Source: Octopus sinensis
Lineage: Eukaryota
Direction: 5' to 3'
Length of the DNA: 64,000 bases
Assembly: GCF_006345805.1 (NCBI RefSeq)
Contig: NC_043021.1
Coordinates: 25,296,001 to 25,360,000 of the forward strand
Both the position numbers and the translations under genes were made by a program. Positions 1 through 15,024 of this stretch are shown here, one piece after another. Every line of letters starts with the position of its first letter. The stretch's first letter is position 1. Below the pieces are notes generated by a model, which saw only the letters and a list, made by a program, of their open reading frames with translations, was not told where the DNA came from and searched no databases.

Positions 1-1113
1 CGATCGCCTTTCACCACACACCTCTTGCAAACTCGTGGCCTCCTGCCAATGTTAAGGAAGAAGAAATCATTAAATATTCCAGTAGATAGGATAGATAGAT
101 GGTTATTCAGCTGATAGGCTAGCTAAACCAGCCCAGCGTTGTTGTAAAAAGGAAGAAACCACCGACATATGGATGACACATCCAAGTCTCCTACCACCGC
201 TTCCTCATCCCTCTCATCCTCTTCTTTCTTCTCTGCCGACCAACCCTCTTTTGTCTACATTTAAGCTTCACACAACCGTCACTCCTCCCCCTCCTACTCT
301 CATTGTTTCCACTTCTTCCTACTCTCCTCTTTTTCTCCTCTCTCTTCCCTTTTCTCTCTTCTTCTCTACGTCTCTCTCTCTCTCTCTCTCTTACAACTAC
401 TACTATAACTACTAATATTGTTACTACTAATACTACTATTGTTTTTTTTCTTATTGTTCGTATGTTCTTTGTTTTTTTTTTGTTTTTTTAATTCTACTAC
501 TTCTGCTGCTGCTAATAATATGTAGATCATGTATTTTCCTCCTTCCTTTGTTACTGTGTAATAAACTCATTTTTTCTTTTTGTCTCTCTCTCTCTCTCTT
601 TACAGAGGAAGCTTAGTCTGGGTTCGGGCAATTTGCAGAAAACATCAGCGATTACTGGGGAGGACACGGATTCATTATTACCCCTGGTTTGGTACACAGA
701 TATTTCTGTTGCAAAGTGGCTTGAACCTATAGTAAATACATACATGCATACATAAGAAAATATACATAGATTAGGAGATAACATTTTATGCCCAGCTGAA
801 AGCACGTGCACATAATATATATATCTTTATGCATATACACCCTCGATCATTCAATACTGTCAGATATATAACTGCAGGCTTTCTAAATGTATTACATATT
901 AAATGACAGAGAGTTCTTTTAAACCCACCTCCACTAAACTCATTGCCTGTCGACTTCTCCACCTCCCTCTCTCTCCCTTCACGGTTTTAACATTCGTCAA
1001 ATAACCACACAATATAGACTTACAAAACAGCACTAAACACATACAAACATATATATTCATTCAGGCAGGCACACACATACAGCCATACAGTCGAATATCT
1101 AGCATTACATTAG

Positions 1114-1377
<264 letters not shown>

Positions 1378-2513
1378 TAAAAAAAAAATATCGATTATAG
1401 TATGTATGTGTGTGTGTGGGGTAATCTTTAAAGTTCTTGTTCCTACACAAACTTAGAACAATTAAAGGACCGGTTCATTAATGGTAACTTTTCATAATTG
1501 ATTTACTAACTTATTTTTCAGTAAGTTAATTCAGTTACACAACCCCTCCCTGTATGTAATATATACACACGTATATATATATGTATACACGTATAAATCC
1601 TGGGGGCGTAAAACAAGTTCTTTCTAACCTTTCCAAAAGGATTTTGTTGACAAAACTTGAAAGATCGCCGTTTATAGAATTACTTTTTTTTTTATATTTC
1701 TGTGAGAAGAAAAAAAAAAAGAGCATTGAACGAGGTGTTGCCCTCAATTTTGATTTTTTAGTTGTATTTTCATGATTTTCTAGTATATGGGTGTGTGTGC
1801 GCGCCTTTATTGCGAGCACTGGCTGTTGTTGTAAATGAAGAAATATAACGGAAAGGGAATTTATTAAAAACTCCTTTTATCTACTCAAAAATAAATGACA
1901 CCATCAAATTCAATCATCTCGATTTGTCCTTAACAGAAATATATGGCATTTCATCACATTCAGTGTTTCTACACAGTATCTCCTTCGCTTGTAACCATTC
2001 CTCAATATCCCCATTAAAAATAATCTTCTAAACTATTCAGATTTTAAGCCGGTTTAGCTTTTCTTTGTCACTTTTTAAGTCTGCCTACTTTGAAACACTC
2101 GCCTTAGCGACGAAAGTTTCTTGAAAATAGATGCATTTCATAAAAAATGAATTTATTGTTTCTTTTGAAATTAATTTGAGTTTACATTTGAAATAAAAGT
2201 GGAACCTTTTAAATCTTCGTGTTGTGTGTGGATTCATGTATTGTCCTCATATTCTGACATCGAAAAGCATTTTAAAAAAAGATTGTAATTTCTTTTACTC
2301 TCCGAGGCCTGACTGCAATAACGGAAACCCCGTAGATACAGATTAAAAAATGTTGCCCATATATGGTACAAGTTAATTCGAAGACCTAGTTTTCGGTAAT
2401 GACAGTCACGGGCGTGAATAGGCCAAGTCAGGCCCTGAATGTGGAAAGCTATATATAAACTGTATTACACAATTATACATATTACTTGTGATATATTTAT
2501 GTTTTGTCATTTA

Positions 2514-2560
<47 letters not shown>

Positions 2561-3617
2561 TGACAACCCTCCCCTGCACTAATGAATATTATAGTTGACA
2601 CCCTTTTCTTAAATTAATGCGGCACAGTGTCAGTAACTAAAAATTATTCCAGTCTTTCCACTAAAATGGTTCGGAGTATAGAGAATCAATTATATTCGAG
2701 GCATACTGAGATCCGTGTGTGTATATGATGTTATATGTAAATATAATTATATATGTTAGTGCATGTGTCCGTTATACACTGTTAGAGTTTGCGTGTGGGG
2801 GGTTCTTGGAATAAATTATATGATGATTTATGCTTCAAATAACGTTCTCTAAACGCACTCACGCGTGTATAAATGTGCAATCATATAGGTTAAACAAACA
2901 ACTTAGGAACAGAACTGATCAAAGGCCGTTTTCGTCTGTCTTCTTAAATGTAGGCCTACACTGTTCAGATTTTGTCTCTTTTAAATCTGTAGGTTATCAT
3001 TATTTGAAGGAGATTTAGCTGACATTTCTAGCTGGTTTAGTGACCACTAGCTTAGAAGACCCCTCACTAGCATGTGTTTGCTTTATTTAGGTAACCACTC
3101 CATGCGGTCTGTCACATATTTCTGTTTGAACCAAAGAAAAGAAAAAGCCTCCACCCAGTCACTGTCTTCCTTCAAACACATCCTACCCTCTTAAAAACGA
3201 AAGGACACATTGCATAACGTAGTCCTACAGAGTCTAAAATTAAAACCGGGTGGATTATGCTAAACAACAACACATGTCTGTTTTCGTGCCTGTATATGTA
3301 AAGTACATTTATGGGTGTGTGTACATGTTGGTTTGTTGTAGGTGCATTGTATGTGTGTGTATATATATAATACGACTCTCTAAGCGAACATATGTCCATA
3401 CTATCATCATTGTATATACATCTTTTCTCTTTCTTCTCTCTCATCCTCTTTGTGCGTGTCTATCTTATACACACATATCTATATGTATTTAAGGGACGTG
3501 TGTGTATATATATATATAGTGCATATACACGGACATATCTTAAATGTATGTATGTATGTATGTATATATAAAACATTTTAGATGTGTGTGTACGTAATAT
3601 ACATGTATGCACACACA

Positions 3618-3678
<61 letters not shown>

Positions 3679-6600
3679 CACGCACATACATATATATTAC
3701 ATACATACACATCTAAAATGTGTGTATATAAATATATATAAATGCATACATGTATATTACGTACACACACATCTAAAATATGTTTCATATATATATATGT
3801 GTGTGTGTGTGTATATATCTGTATGTATATATAATGAAACGAGCAAAACATCAACTTGCTCTCCTTACACGTGACTAGGGATTGCCTCACTGCCAAATAA
3901 CTCATCCATTCTCCACATAATTTCCTTCCTCTCTCTCTTTCTCTCACTCCGTTTCTTCCTCCTCTCTCTCTCTCTTTCTCTCTCTCCACCTCTCTTTCGT
4001 TCTCCCTCTATTTCTCTCCATTCAAGATGCTTTGTTATAATTTCCACCATCCACAGCTCAGCCTGTTCCCTATTTCATAACGTGTTTTCCCCTGAACCTT
4101 GTTCTTTGTTTTCATAAGGCTCGATGTTGATGGCTAGACTCTACTTTTTCATCTCTCTCTCTCTCTCTCTCCCTCTTTCCTCTTTTGTCCACATTTAGTA
4201 TTATTGATTGTTATAATTAGTAAGAGTTAGCAATGGTAATGATAGTTCTACATTACATGCTGAGGCAAAAGAGGAATTTTACGTCGAGCATTGATCCTAG
4301 TAATTAGATCTGGAGTTAATTGGTGTTTATTTAATTGTTTTATTTATTCATTTTGTTAGAAATTCACAAAAGCAACCATGTCGAGAAATAGAAAGGAGGG
4401 AATCGCTCGCTGCTCGTTCGACTTCTCTCAAAGTAAAAAGCCTTACTGTCTCAAAGACAAAAAAACAAAAAGGCGAGATGGTTACGGTTGGAATGCTTAT
4501 GGTCAATGGTCTGTTTGATCAGAGCCAAAAAGCAGGAACCAATGAGGGAGTGGACATTTGAGTAGTCGATCAAATTGCTAAACGTCGCAGCCAAATCTCG
4601 ATCAGATCACACCCCGCAGTCTTTAACTATGAAGGACACATTGTAGAACATGATCCTGCATAAGATAGGCTGACCACGACAGTCTTTGGTCATATGTCTG
4701 GGCTGGCCAGAGAGAGGGAGAGAGAACCTGTGTGGTTGCTCGACTTGGCAGAAATAGGAGCTTAATCTCATTAGAACTCCTGCTTTTAAACTAGGAGGGA
4801 CACATTGCATTATGAAGGTTTGTATTCGTTCCTGGGAAACAGTCATGGTTGGAATACCTCTGATCCCTAACCTTAGGTTATGGATCTAAACAAAATATGA
4901 ATTTCATGGGTTTACTCTCTATGTGGTTGTTCAACTTGTTAAAAACAACAGCTAAACCTCCTTCAGATCAGATAACACATTGGTACTAGACGACATTGTG
5001 TAGTCCTAGATACTGATTGTTCAATCAAAGTGGACCTGACGTTAAACAACAACAACAATTTAAGAACTGTATTTCGTGTGTTTGTGGACAACAGTTTTAA
5101 TGTGTGTGTGTGTGTGTTTAGAAACACACACACACCCTGTTATTTCAGAACAAAGGCTGGGTTTTTAAATTTGCAATAGAATGTGTTTGTCCTATCAAGT
5201 GTATATTCAAATATGTTTCCTCCTCCTCCTCCTCATCGTTTCACATTTGTTTTCCATGCTGTCATGAGTTGGTCAAGTGATTGCTGCACTCCTTGATGCT
5301 ATGGAGGGCAGCGGCCACTTCTCACTTGTAAGCTAACCTTTTGTCTTGGTTTCTGTGGTCAGAAACCCTTCCTGACAGCTGCCACTTGGTGCATTTTGTT
5401 TTTAATGGCACCAGCACCTGAGGGGTTGTCAAGTCTTTGACCAGGCCAAAGAGGTTTCTCCATCTAATACTTAACAGATTGTGTTATTGGAGGACATTTT
5501 ATTGCAGTATCAGCAGCACTGCAGGAGACAAGTGTGAGAGAATGAGGGATAGTTAGAGGTGTGTCAATGGTGAGAGTGAATGATGACTGTCAATACCAGA
5601 CAACCAAATAGTGAGAGTGTAGGAAGGAGAATGTAAGGGAGTGCATTCATCTGATGATGTCCCTTATGCCTTGAAATGAACAAGAGAGTTATGAGGATAG
5701 GGATGAGAGAAGGGCTGGGGTTGAGTGTTTCCTTCAGTGAATAACAGGCTGCAACCCCGTTTTGTATCTGCATAAGTCTAGCAAATGCCACTCTTATTTA
5801 GTCACCCTCTCTATGAAGCATCAATGCTGCCTGTCTATTAATCTTGATATAGGAGCACAAACCATTCTCTTTAGATTCTCTCAGTTCTATCTCAATCCAT
5901 TCTGAAAACTGGAATTTAGATGAAAATTTCCCATCATTAAGGCCTCTTGATGCCAACCCACCCGAGAGCCCTCCTGGTTCTACAAAACACACTGCTTTAA
6001 TGTGTTCTAAATTAAAACTGTCTTCCACCAGTTAATTTATGTTTCAAACACCAGCTTAATAATGGCAAAGTTGTTTCACTAAATGCTTTAGTTTAAAAAT
6101 TGTGACAAAGGCCCATGGATTTCAATGGAAATATGGTAATGTAAGAGTCCTTGATACTAGGAAAATAACAATTTCAGGCACAAAAGCATGATGCAATTGG
6201 GTTTCTTCCTTTTATCTGGAATATTCCCTATCCACCCATACATACATCTTCAGAAACAAAAAAGAAAAATAATTTGGTTTAATCTGTTACTGAAGGTGAG
6301 TATAGCTACAAGCATAGCCAGGAACTGCCTATTCCTTGTAAGATCCGATTTTCCAACTGTGCATAAATGCCACAAATTATTCAACATCCATAACATTAAA
6401 GTTAGCTATTCTTGTCTGAACTATAACAAATTTTATTTCTGGCCATATTTAAGCCCAAAAGAAAGCTCTCTCTTTTTACGTTTTCTATATATATATATAT
6501 AAAGAGAATATTGCTATGTGGGTGTGTGCATATATTGCATACACATATATCGCACACATATACACTCACACACACACACAATTCTTTTGAGGTTAAATAT

Positions 6601-7538
6601 GTAGGTGCACATTTATGCACGTATAACCAGCTGGTCTTAAACTTCTCTGGTATGGCCTGCAGAACTAAAAACTAATTTGAAGGTGTTGGGAGCTTATCCT
6701 TGATGGACCCCTATCTGCACTTTAAATACGATTTTGAATTCATTGATAATTCTCACCTTACTGACACCAACTTTGTACATCTGTACATGTCTTTCACAGC
6801 TGTGTGTGTGTGATATAACTGTTGTGTCCGCTTGTGTCCCTTTGTGTCATGAGAGACTATTTAGATATTCAGTTTAATGAATTTTGAAAATTGAATCCTA
6901 TTTTATTTGCCTTTTGAAATAATCTGTAATTCTTATTTTGTTTTTAATTTTGATATGGGCTTATCAACCTGAGTGGTTGCAAGCTGGGGTACGTGTGTGG
7001 TGACTGTGTATATGTGTGTGTTTGCGTGTGTGTGTGTGTGTGTGTGTGTGTTTGCATGTGTGTGTGTTACTGAGTTTCTTTGCTCTTATTATAATGTGGT
7101 AGGAGGGGGTGTTGTGAAGGCTGATATATAATAATAGTATTAGGATTATTGTGAATTAATAACATAAATATATGTTGAGCTAATAGAGATAAATAAAATA
7201 AATAGCAGACTGCATTAAGTACAAGGGCCAACATGATTGGCCAAAAACCCTTGGAGGTGGTGCTACAGCGTGGCCATAGTCCAGTGACTGAAATCAATAA
7301 AGCTACACACACACACACACACACACTGTGTGTGAAAATTGCTTTTAGTAGAGGTGTACTCATGATGTGAAAACTCAAGTCTCAAAATTCTGGTGGGTGA
7401 TGGGGATGCATTTTGGGTCTACTGTAAAAGCCTGATTAGGCCTGGGGGCTGAGAGGGGGTGAAAATTCAAGAGCTGCCCCAGGAGGCGCATACTGTAGTT
7501 ACATCAATGGTCTTTCAGAAATGTGTGTTCAAACATTA

Positions 7539-8078
7539 ATGATGATGATGTTGTACCTGATTATGATGGCAGTTCTTCATGTCCAAAGGGAAAGCAGCAA
7601 GCCCTTAAATGGTTCTGTAAACCAGCCCTTGAATAGCTGGCTCTTATGCACTTGGGGCAGATATATAGGCTTTGGTGACAGGGGGATTGTGATGGTGACT
7701 CCTCCCTTCTGCTTCTGTTGTTTTGGCCTTCTCAAAATTGCTTGCTGCAGTCTGGATGCAATCTCACCACACCTCTCTTTGTTCTGAAACTCCTTCCCAC
7801 CCTGTGGGGTGGTGTCTATCCTTGTCTGGGTGAGCTGGCATTTCAGCAGGTTTCTGAAATGCTTCTGGAGATGCTCCTCTGTCTCTTTTGCCCCGGCTGA
7901 GCCCCCTATAGAATACAGCATTCTGGATTTGTCCACATGTGAGATGTGGCCTGCCCATTTGTGGTGTCTGAGCAGCAAGCATGATTTCAGTGCCCAGGGC
8001 ATTGGCCTGCTGCAGGATTTTGTTGTTAGTGATGTACACCTTCCACAGGGTGTCCACAATGGAGTGAAAGCATCTCTG
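7539..8078 (-). mobile_element. RTE-clade (BovB-like) LINE 3' fragment, copy 1
   Basis: Frameshifted remnants ITNNKILQQAN..ML / LRHHKWAGHISHVD / AVFYRGLSRGKRDRG of the post-RT region, plus a (CAT)n 3' tail. Confidence 0.8.
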
Positions 8079-8114
8079 ATAATATTGTAATGTGAATGCG
8101 CGCGCGCGCGCGCA

Positions 8115-8218
<104 letters not shown>

Positions 8219-11200
8219 CTGAGGTATCATTTCCTTGTCTTTTATCCTTTTAATAGCATTCTTCTGAAGAATACAAATTCCTGTATTCTTAATCGAAATT
8301 AAGACTTTCAAAATTTCATTTTATGTTCCAGCCACCAGTTTAATAATGGCTAAGTTCATCATCCTAACATCCATTTTTTTCCATACTTGCATTGGTCAGA
8401 GAGAATTTCCTGAGCTAGATTCTCCATGGTCAGGCGTTTTTCATGTCCCCAGTTGTCATCTGTTTCCAAGCAAGCAATGAAGTCTGGGAACAAATCACAT
8501 TGTTCGTATGATAGCAATACTTGCTCACAACCATCATGTGATGTGAAAATCAGAACACTCACACTCACACATATATGTCGGGCTTCTTTCAGTTTTCAAC
8601 TTTTAAATTCACTCACAAGGCTTTTGTTGGTCTGGAGCTATAATAAAAGACATGTGTCCAAGGTGCTGTGCAGTGGGACTGAACCCAAAACCACATGGTT
8701 GGATAGCACGCTCCTTAACCACTCAGCCATGTATGTGCTTTGCCATAAAATTCTTTGTTACGTTTAAAATTAATTGAAATGGAGTCAAAGTATTTCATTA
8801 GAAATATAATAATGAAAGGGTTAGCGAAAATAAAAGTTGTCGCCATTGACATGGATGTAGGTCTCAATATTAACGAATACATAAACTAAATTGGTTCCTT
8901 AAAAAAACCAAAAAAAACAAGCAATAAGAAAAAAGAAGTGTGGAACTTGAGGAAGCCAAATGTTAAGAGGTGACTAATTCCTGTAGAGCCATGAATAATG
9001 TTGCTTTAGAGTACCACTTGATACTTATTTCATCATCATCATCACCACCACATTTACTAAGCTGCAACGTGATAGCTGCAGCTGGTGACTTGAAGGATCC
9101 TGAAGCCACTACAGTTGGGTTTTTTTGGTTTTACATCTCTCATTTTGACCAGAAAGCCTGTTTTTTTAATTTTTTTTTTTTACTTTTTTTGCTAATTTTA
9201 TACATACACATATACATTCATACATGCATGTGTGTGTATATAATCTTTTTTAAATATTGCTTTCACTAATTGCAGGCTTAGTATTAAGCAGAATTGATGT
9301 AAGGTTAAGTAGCTCGACTGCTAACTACATTATTGTTGTATAACCCTTGTGTTTTGCGTTTTGACAAACTGCTATTGTACCCTGCTTACATCAGTTTGCT
9401 CTCAGCACCTCAGTTCTACCTCAAAATAATTCAAGAAAGAAACAGATATATTTGAGCTGTGACAGCAAAACCTGTTCAAGCAATAAGATTCATCAGTTTT
9501 AACATCCATTTTTTTCAATGTTCCCATGGTTTGGCCAGAATTGGTTGAGGTGGATTTTCTATGGCTAAATGCCCTTCCTATCACCAACTCTCACCTGTTT
9601 CCGAGCAAGGTAATATTTCACCTTGCAAAACAGGAAACGAACAACATCACTTGTATTATGGCAATGCTCATTTACAATTATCACTAGACAACAGAGCTTC
9701 GTTCAGTTTCCACCTATCAAATTCACTCACAGCACTTTGGTTTGCTTTGAGCTGTAGTGGGAGTCACTTGCCCAAGGTGCCATGTAGTAGGACTGAACCT
9801 GAGACTGCATGATGTGGAAAGAAGCTTTTTAACCACACAGCCACATCTAAAATAAATTAAAAGCAAAACAAATTGTAGGTTCCTCCAAATGGAGCTCTTT
9901 GGATTTCATTGCCATATTTGGTTATTTTTTTTCACAAGTACATACATACACTTGTATTTAACAATCTCGGATTTCCTGTGGACAGCTTCTTTTTTATTTT
10001 GTGTTTGTGTGAGAGTGAGTGAATGAGTTTGTGTTTCCCTTGTCTTTATGTTGTAAATGATGTCCTTCCTGTTCGTGTGGATGTTATTTGTTAGCAGTCC
10101 ACTGTAGAAAACCTGTCCAGGATTCTTAACAGGATGTGTTGCACGATCTCTGTAAACAAAACACTCATTCCTATGGTGTCTGGACTGTTTGTTGTTCAAT
10201 AGACTGGGAAATAATCACCTTCTTTGGAAACAAGAAGAGAATTGGCATCAGGAAGGGTCTCTGGCCATAGAAAATCTGCCCCAACTCAGATGGTTGGTAT
10301 CAGGAAGGGCATCTGGCTGTGCAAAACTGCCTCAACTCGCTTCTTGTCTGACCTAAGCAAACATAGGGGAAAGTAGACATTGAAGAAATGAAATTCTATC
10401 AATATTTTGCCATTCTCAGAGATTTACTTAATAAAATTCATGAAGTAGTTTAATGTCTCGGTTGGAACTATTTTCAATGCATAATTTTATCTTCTTTAGG
10501 TCTGTTAATGAAAAAAAAAAACCTATTTTTCCTGCTTAATGTTTTTTGTTTTTCCCAGGAACATAAAACAAATAATTTCATGAGGATTATTAACAATCCC
10601 TGGGGGCAGGAAACCTCATTATTCCCTCCCATTCTATCTCATTTCTAGCACTTTTAGTATAAAAACTGGGAAGATAAGATTTGATCTTTGAGTCCAAAAT
10701 TTTGCAGCAGCTGTTTAAATTTTGCTTGTCCTTTTTTCAGTCCTAACTGATAGCCACGTACCACACATCCTTGCACCATAATCAATGATTGACTGTGTTA
10801 AGACATTTGGAATCTAAAAATACTTTCCCTAACAATTGTTGCATTGGTCTTAACCTTTCCAACAGCTGCTGACAATGCATGTAGCAACAGCTGATACATG
10901 TGTTTATACATGTATGTGTGTGTGTGTGTGTGCGCTGTAAGCAAACTAGTTGTCAAGGAGTTAAAAAAGAACAGAGGAAATAATGTAAATGAGAATTGAG
11001 CCACTGCTGTGTGACTGGTTCACATCTTGTCCTTCAGTTCTGAATTATGACCTGTGGAATTTAATGTTTGCCATCCTGGTTCACCAAGCTGTTATATTCA
11101 TTATGCAGAAACACAGTTTACCATTGTCAGCAGGAGGAGTAAAAGTGTATAATTAATATTTTATTAACTTACTATGGTGAGTTCAAAGACAATCGTGTGT

Positions 11201-12841
11201 TTAACTCTAAAGATTAACTGAGATATTAGTAGTTGACTCCTGTATTTGTCCCTCTTTCATACTTCAACCTTCAACACCTGACATAGAGCCACGTCCCCCC
11301 CCCCTCTCGAATACATTCCCACTCGGTTGAGCTTTTTTTTTCTTTCTATTCTTTGTTTTGCAAGTTATGCAGTGACCTCACCAATACTAGTATCATGAAG
11401 AAAAGCTTCCAGTCCACTCTGTAAAGTGGTTGGTGTTAGGAACGGCATCCAGCTGTAGAAACCATGCTGAAACAAACACTGGAGCAATATTCCAACTTGT
11501 CAGATTCTGTCGAACCATTCAACCTGTGTCAGTATGAGAAAATGGACATTATGATGATGATGATGATGATGATGATAATTAGATATTTCACTACACCATT
11601 CCAGAATTTGGATTGTATTTGTAATATATTTAGGAAATGGCTAAGAGTTCCTTGTCTGAAGTCAGAAGGGCTAAACACCTTTTGATGAATGTTTCTGGTG
11701 CAGTGATTGATTGGTTATCACATTTTCATGAAGCAGGTAAACAGAGACAAGATGTCACACTTTTGCCAGAGTAGAACATTGTTGAAACATGGACTGACAG
11801 CCTCAATATTACCCGAGGCCCTCTCAACATGGCTCTCTGTTGGCAATTTACAAATGTGTATCTCAGTGGAAACTAAAAGAAGCCTGTTGTATATGTGTCT
11901 GTATATTTTTTGTTTACACTTGAACTCCGAGAGGCGTTGTTGTTGCTCTGCCAATGAATTAGTTCCTTGCTTTGAAGACATCTAAATTAAGGGATCTCTT
12001 ACTTGAAAAAATAAGTAAAGCTTTAGTGACAGGAGAAGTCATCTGGCTGCAAAACCTGCCTCAATAATAAATTTGTCTAACCCATGCTCGCATGGAAAAA
12101 TAGACATAAGAAATAGACATGAAAGAAAGTTGAATTGTGTAAGCAATAGAAGTCCTTTCACTGCTCTGCTGGTTTTATTGTATAAAATTATCCTCCAGGT
12201 AATGACATAGATAAGTATTGATTAATTGATTGGTTGAAATATATCATTTCTTGAGGTGAAAATGTTATGTAGCTTGTAAATTATTCTCAACTTGCAACGA
12301 TTAATAATAATAATAATAATAACAATAATAATTGTTTCTAAGGTAGCAAGCTGGCGGAATCATTAGTTTGAATTCCACCTAGGTTGACTTTGCGTTTCAT
12401 CTTTTTGGGGGTCAGTAAAATAAGTACCTATTGAGTTCTGAAATTGCTGGCCTTGTGCCAAAATTTGAAATCAGTAATTGTTTCTGATTTAGGTGCAAAG
12501 TTTTGAGAGACTGTGTTAGTGAATGTCATCAACCCCAATACATTTGTGGGGTGGGGTTTATTCAACCTCGAAATGCTGAAAGTCAAAGTTGGCCTTGTAA
12601 GACTGGGGTTGATTTGTTCAATTAGAACCTTTCAAGGTGGTGCCCCAGCATGACCACAGTCCAAAACCTGAAACGGGTAAAAGATAAGAGAAAAAGCCCA
12701 AGTCTTCAGGAAACCAGAAATATCCTGTTTTCTTCAAGAGGTTTGATGGTTCTTTTGTCTGACAAACCGGAAGAATGTGTGTAATACTTGCTAACCTACT
12801 TGATCCAGATTTACAATGTCCTGTTGACTGCTCGAAGCATG

Positions 12842-12880
<39 letters not shown>

Positions 12881-14302
12881 TGCTCTTCAGGTGTTGCTTT
12901 GTGCGTTAACTCGAGACAGACAGGGAGACAAAGAGAGCAGCTTTCATTTGTATTTGACGGGGCTGGGGAAATGATTTTGATGATATCACATCATCATCAT
13001 TGATTTTACATCTACATTTCCATGCTTGAATGGGTCGGATAGGTTTTCTGCAGCTGAATGCTCTTCCTGTTGCCAACCTTTATCTGTTTTCAAGCAAAGT
13101 AATATTTTCATCTTGTTAGACATGTTTTCATGGAGGATTGGAAACAAACGACACCACTTGTATGGTGCTCATCATTTATGACTATTACACAATGTCCAGA
13201 CAAAACGACATAAACACACACATACGCACACACACAATGAACTTCCTTCAGTTTTTGTCTACAAAATCCACTGATAAGGTTTTGGCCAGCCCAGGGCTGT
13301 AGTAGAAGACAATTGGTCTTGGTACCAGACAGTGTGATTGAACCTGAAATCATAGGATTGGGAAGAAGACTTCTTCACCACATAGCTAATATACCACCAT
13401 CATCTCCACACACACCCAGTAGGCTTCCATGCAGTTTCCATCTCCCAAACTTACCCCTAAAACTTTATCTCAAGGCTATAGTAGAAGACTCTTGCTGAAA
13501 GCACCATGCAGTGGGATTGAACCCCAAGCCATTCCTCCACCACAATGATTCCATCCTTGCCTCTCCTCCCATGCTGTTGCATCCTTCTACTTACAGTGAC
13601 CTCTACTGAACCATCAAGCCTCCTCCTCCTCCTCTCTCCCCTTCCTCAAAACACTCAATGATGGCATCAATTCTTCTTCTGTCCTTTCTGACTCATCTTG
13701 TGTCTCATTCCCAAAACTCATTATTTAAACATTTTTAACTCCTCAGTTTTTATTCTCCTTCCTGTCTGTCTCTCTGCTAATCTGCAATTCAAATGAAACA
13801 TTAACCACAGTAAACTTCACCCAGCCTTTGCTGATGTCACAAAACTAAAAATAATAGTAATAATAATAATAATTTCTTTTATTAGCCATGGGGGCCTTGA
13901 TGAGGGTAAAGGTTTCAAATTTTGGCACAAGGCCAACAGTTTTAAGGGAAAGGATAAGTCAAATACATTGACCCCAGTGTTTAACCGGGACTAATTTTAT
14001 TGACCCTGAAAAGATTAAAAGCAAATTTGACCTCAGAAGAATTTGAACCCAGAATGTTAAAGAACCAGAAGAAATGCAATGAAACATTTTGTTCAGTTCC
14101 CTAAAGATTCTACCAGGCCACTACCTTAATAATGATAATAACCCTACAATAGGCACAAGGCTTGCAATTTGTGGGAAGGGAGAAGTCAATTCCATCAATC
14201 CCCAGTACTCCACTGGTACTTATTTAATCGACCCCGAAAGGATGAAGGGTAAAGTTGACCTTGGTGGAATTTGAACTCAGAACATAGAGGTAGACAAAAT
14301 AC

Positions 14303-14531
14303 CTATTTCTTTACTACCCACAAGGGGCTAAACATAGAGTGGACAAACAAGGACAGACAAAGGGATTAAGTCGATTATATCGACCCCAGTGCACAACTGG
14401 TACTTATTTAATCGACCCTGAAAGGATGAAAGGTAAAGTCGACCTCGGCGGAATTTGAACTCAGAACGTAGCGGCAGATGAAATACCTCTAAGCATTTCG
14501 CCCAGCATGCTAACGTTTCTGCCAGCTCACC
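14303..14531 (-). mobile_element. tRNA-derived SINE, family B (near full length)
   Basis: Head GGTGAGCTGGCAGAAACGTTAGC...GAGTTCAAATTCCGCCGAGG with A/B-box-like motifs, then CTTTCATCCTTTCAGGGTCGATTAAATAAGTACCAG body. Related copies at ~12340-12480, 13910-14300, 29810-29980, 33271-33450, 46997-47195. Confidence 0.8.
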
Positions 14532-14608
14532 AGTAATTAGATATATTTTACTTCAGAGATAAAATATATTTGTGTGTCCATTATACATAAAATCTATACA
14601 TGCTACAG

Positions 14609-15024
14609 TAGACGCAGGAGTGGCTGTGTGGTAAGTAGCTTGCTAACCAGCCACATGGTTCCGGGTTCAGTCCCACTGCGCGGCATCTTGGGCAAGTGTC
14701 TTCTGCTATAGCCCCGGGCCAACCAATGCCTTGTGAGTAGATTTGGTAGACGGAAACTGAAAGAAGCCTGTCGTATATATGTATATATATGTATGTATGT
14801 GTGTGTATATGTTTGTGTGTCTGTGTTTGTCCCTCTAGCATTGCTTGACAACCGATGCTGGTGTGTTTACGTCCCCCGTCACTTAGCGGTTCGGCAAAAG
14901 AGACCGATAGAATAAGTACTGGGCTTACAAAAGAATAAGTCCCGGGGTCAAGTTGCTCGATTAAAAGGCGGTGCTCCAGCATGGCCGCAGTCAAATGACT
15001 GAAACAAGTAAAAGAGTAAAAAGA
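14609..15024 (+). mobile_element. tRNA-derived SINE, family A (full length)
   Basis: Head GCAGGAGTGGCTGTGTGGTAAG (A box)...GGTTCAGTCCC (B box), CORE-like TTGGGCAAGTGTCTT, internal (TA/TG)n, 3' tail (GTAAAAGA)n. Resembles the octopus tRNA-derived SINEs; family name not assigned. Confidence 0.88.

Noticed and set aside
3172-3989. ORFs rich in CVCV/YIYI/THTH/ERER (also at 8-8.3 kb, 35.5-36.6 kb and elsewhere)
   Set aside because: Dinucleotide microsatellite translations with no protein signal.
5520-5800. Possible L2/CR1 LINE remnants (also ~15880-16050 and ~19900-20150)
   Set aside because: Only faint motif resemblance (e.g. GVQG..LFII); too degraded to call without an HMM search.
14609-14690. 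tRNA-like A/B-box sequences as tRNA genes
   Set aside because: They are SINE heads continuing into shared body and tail sequence; no complete cloverleaf.
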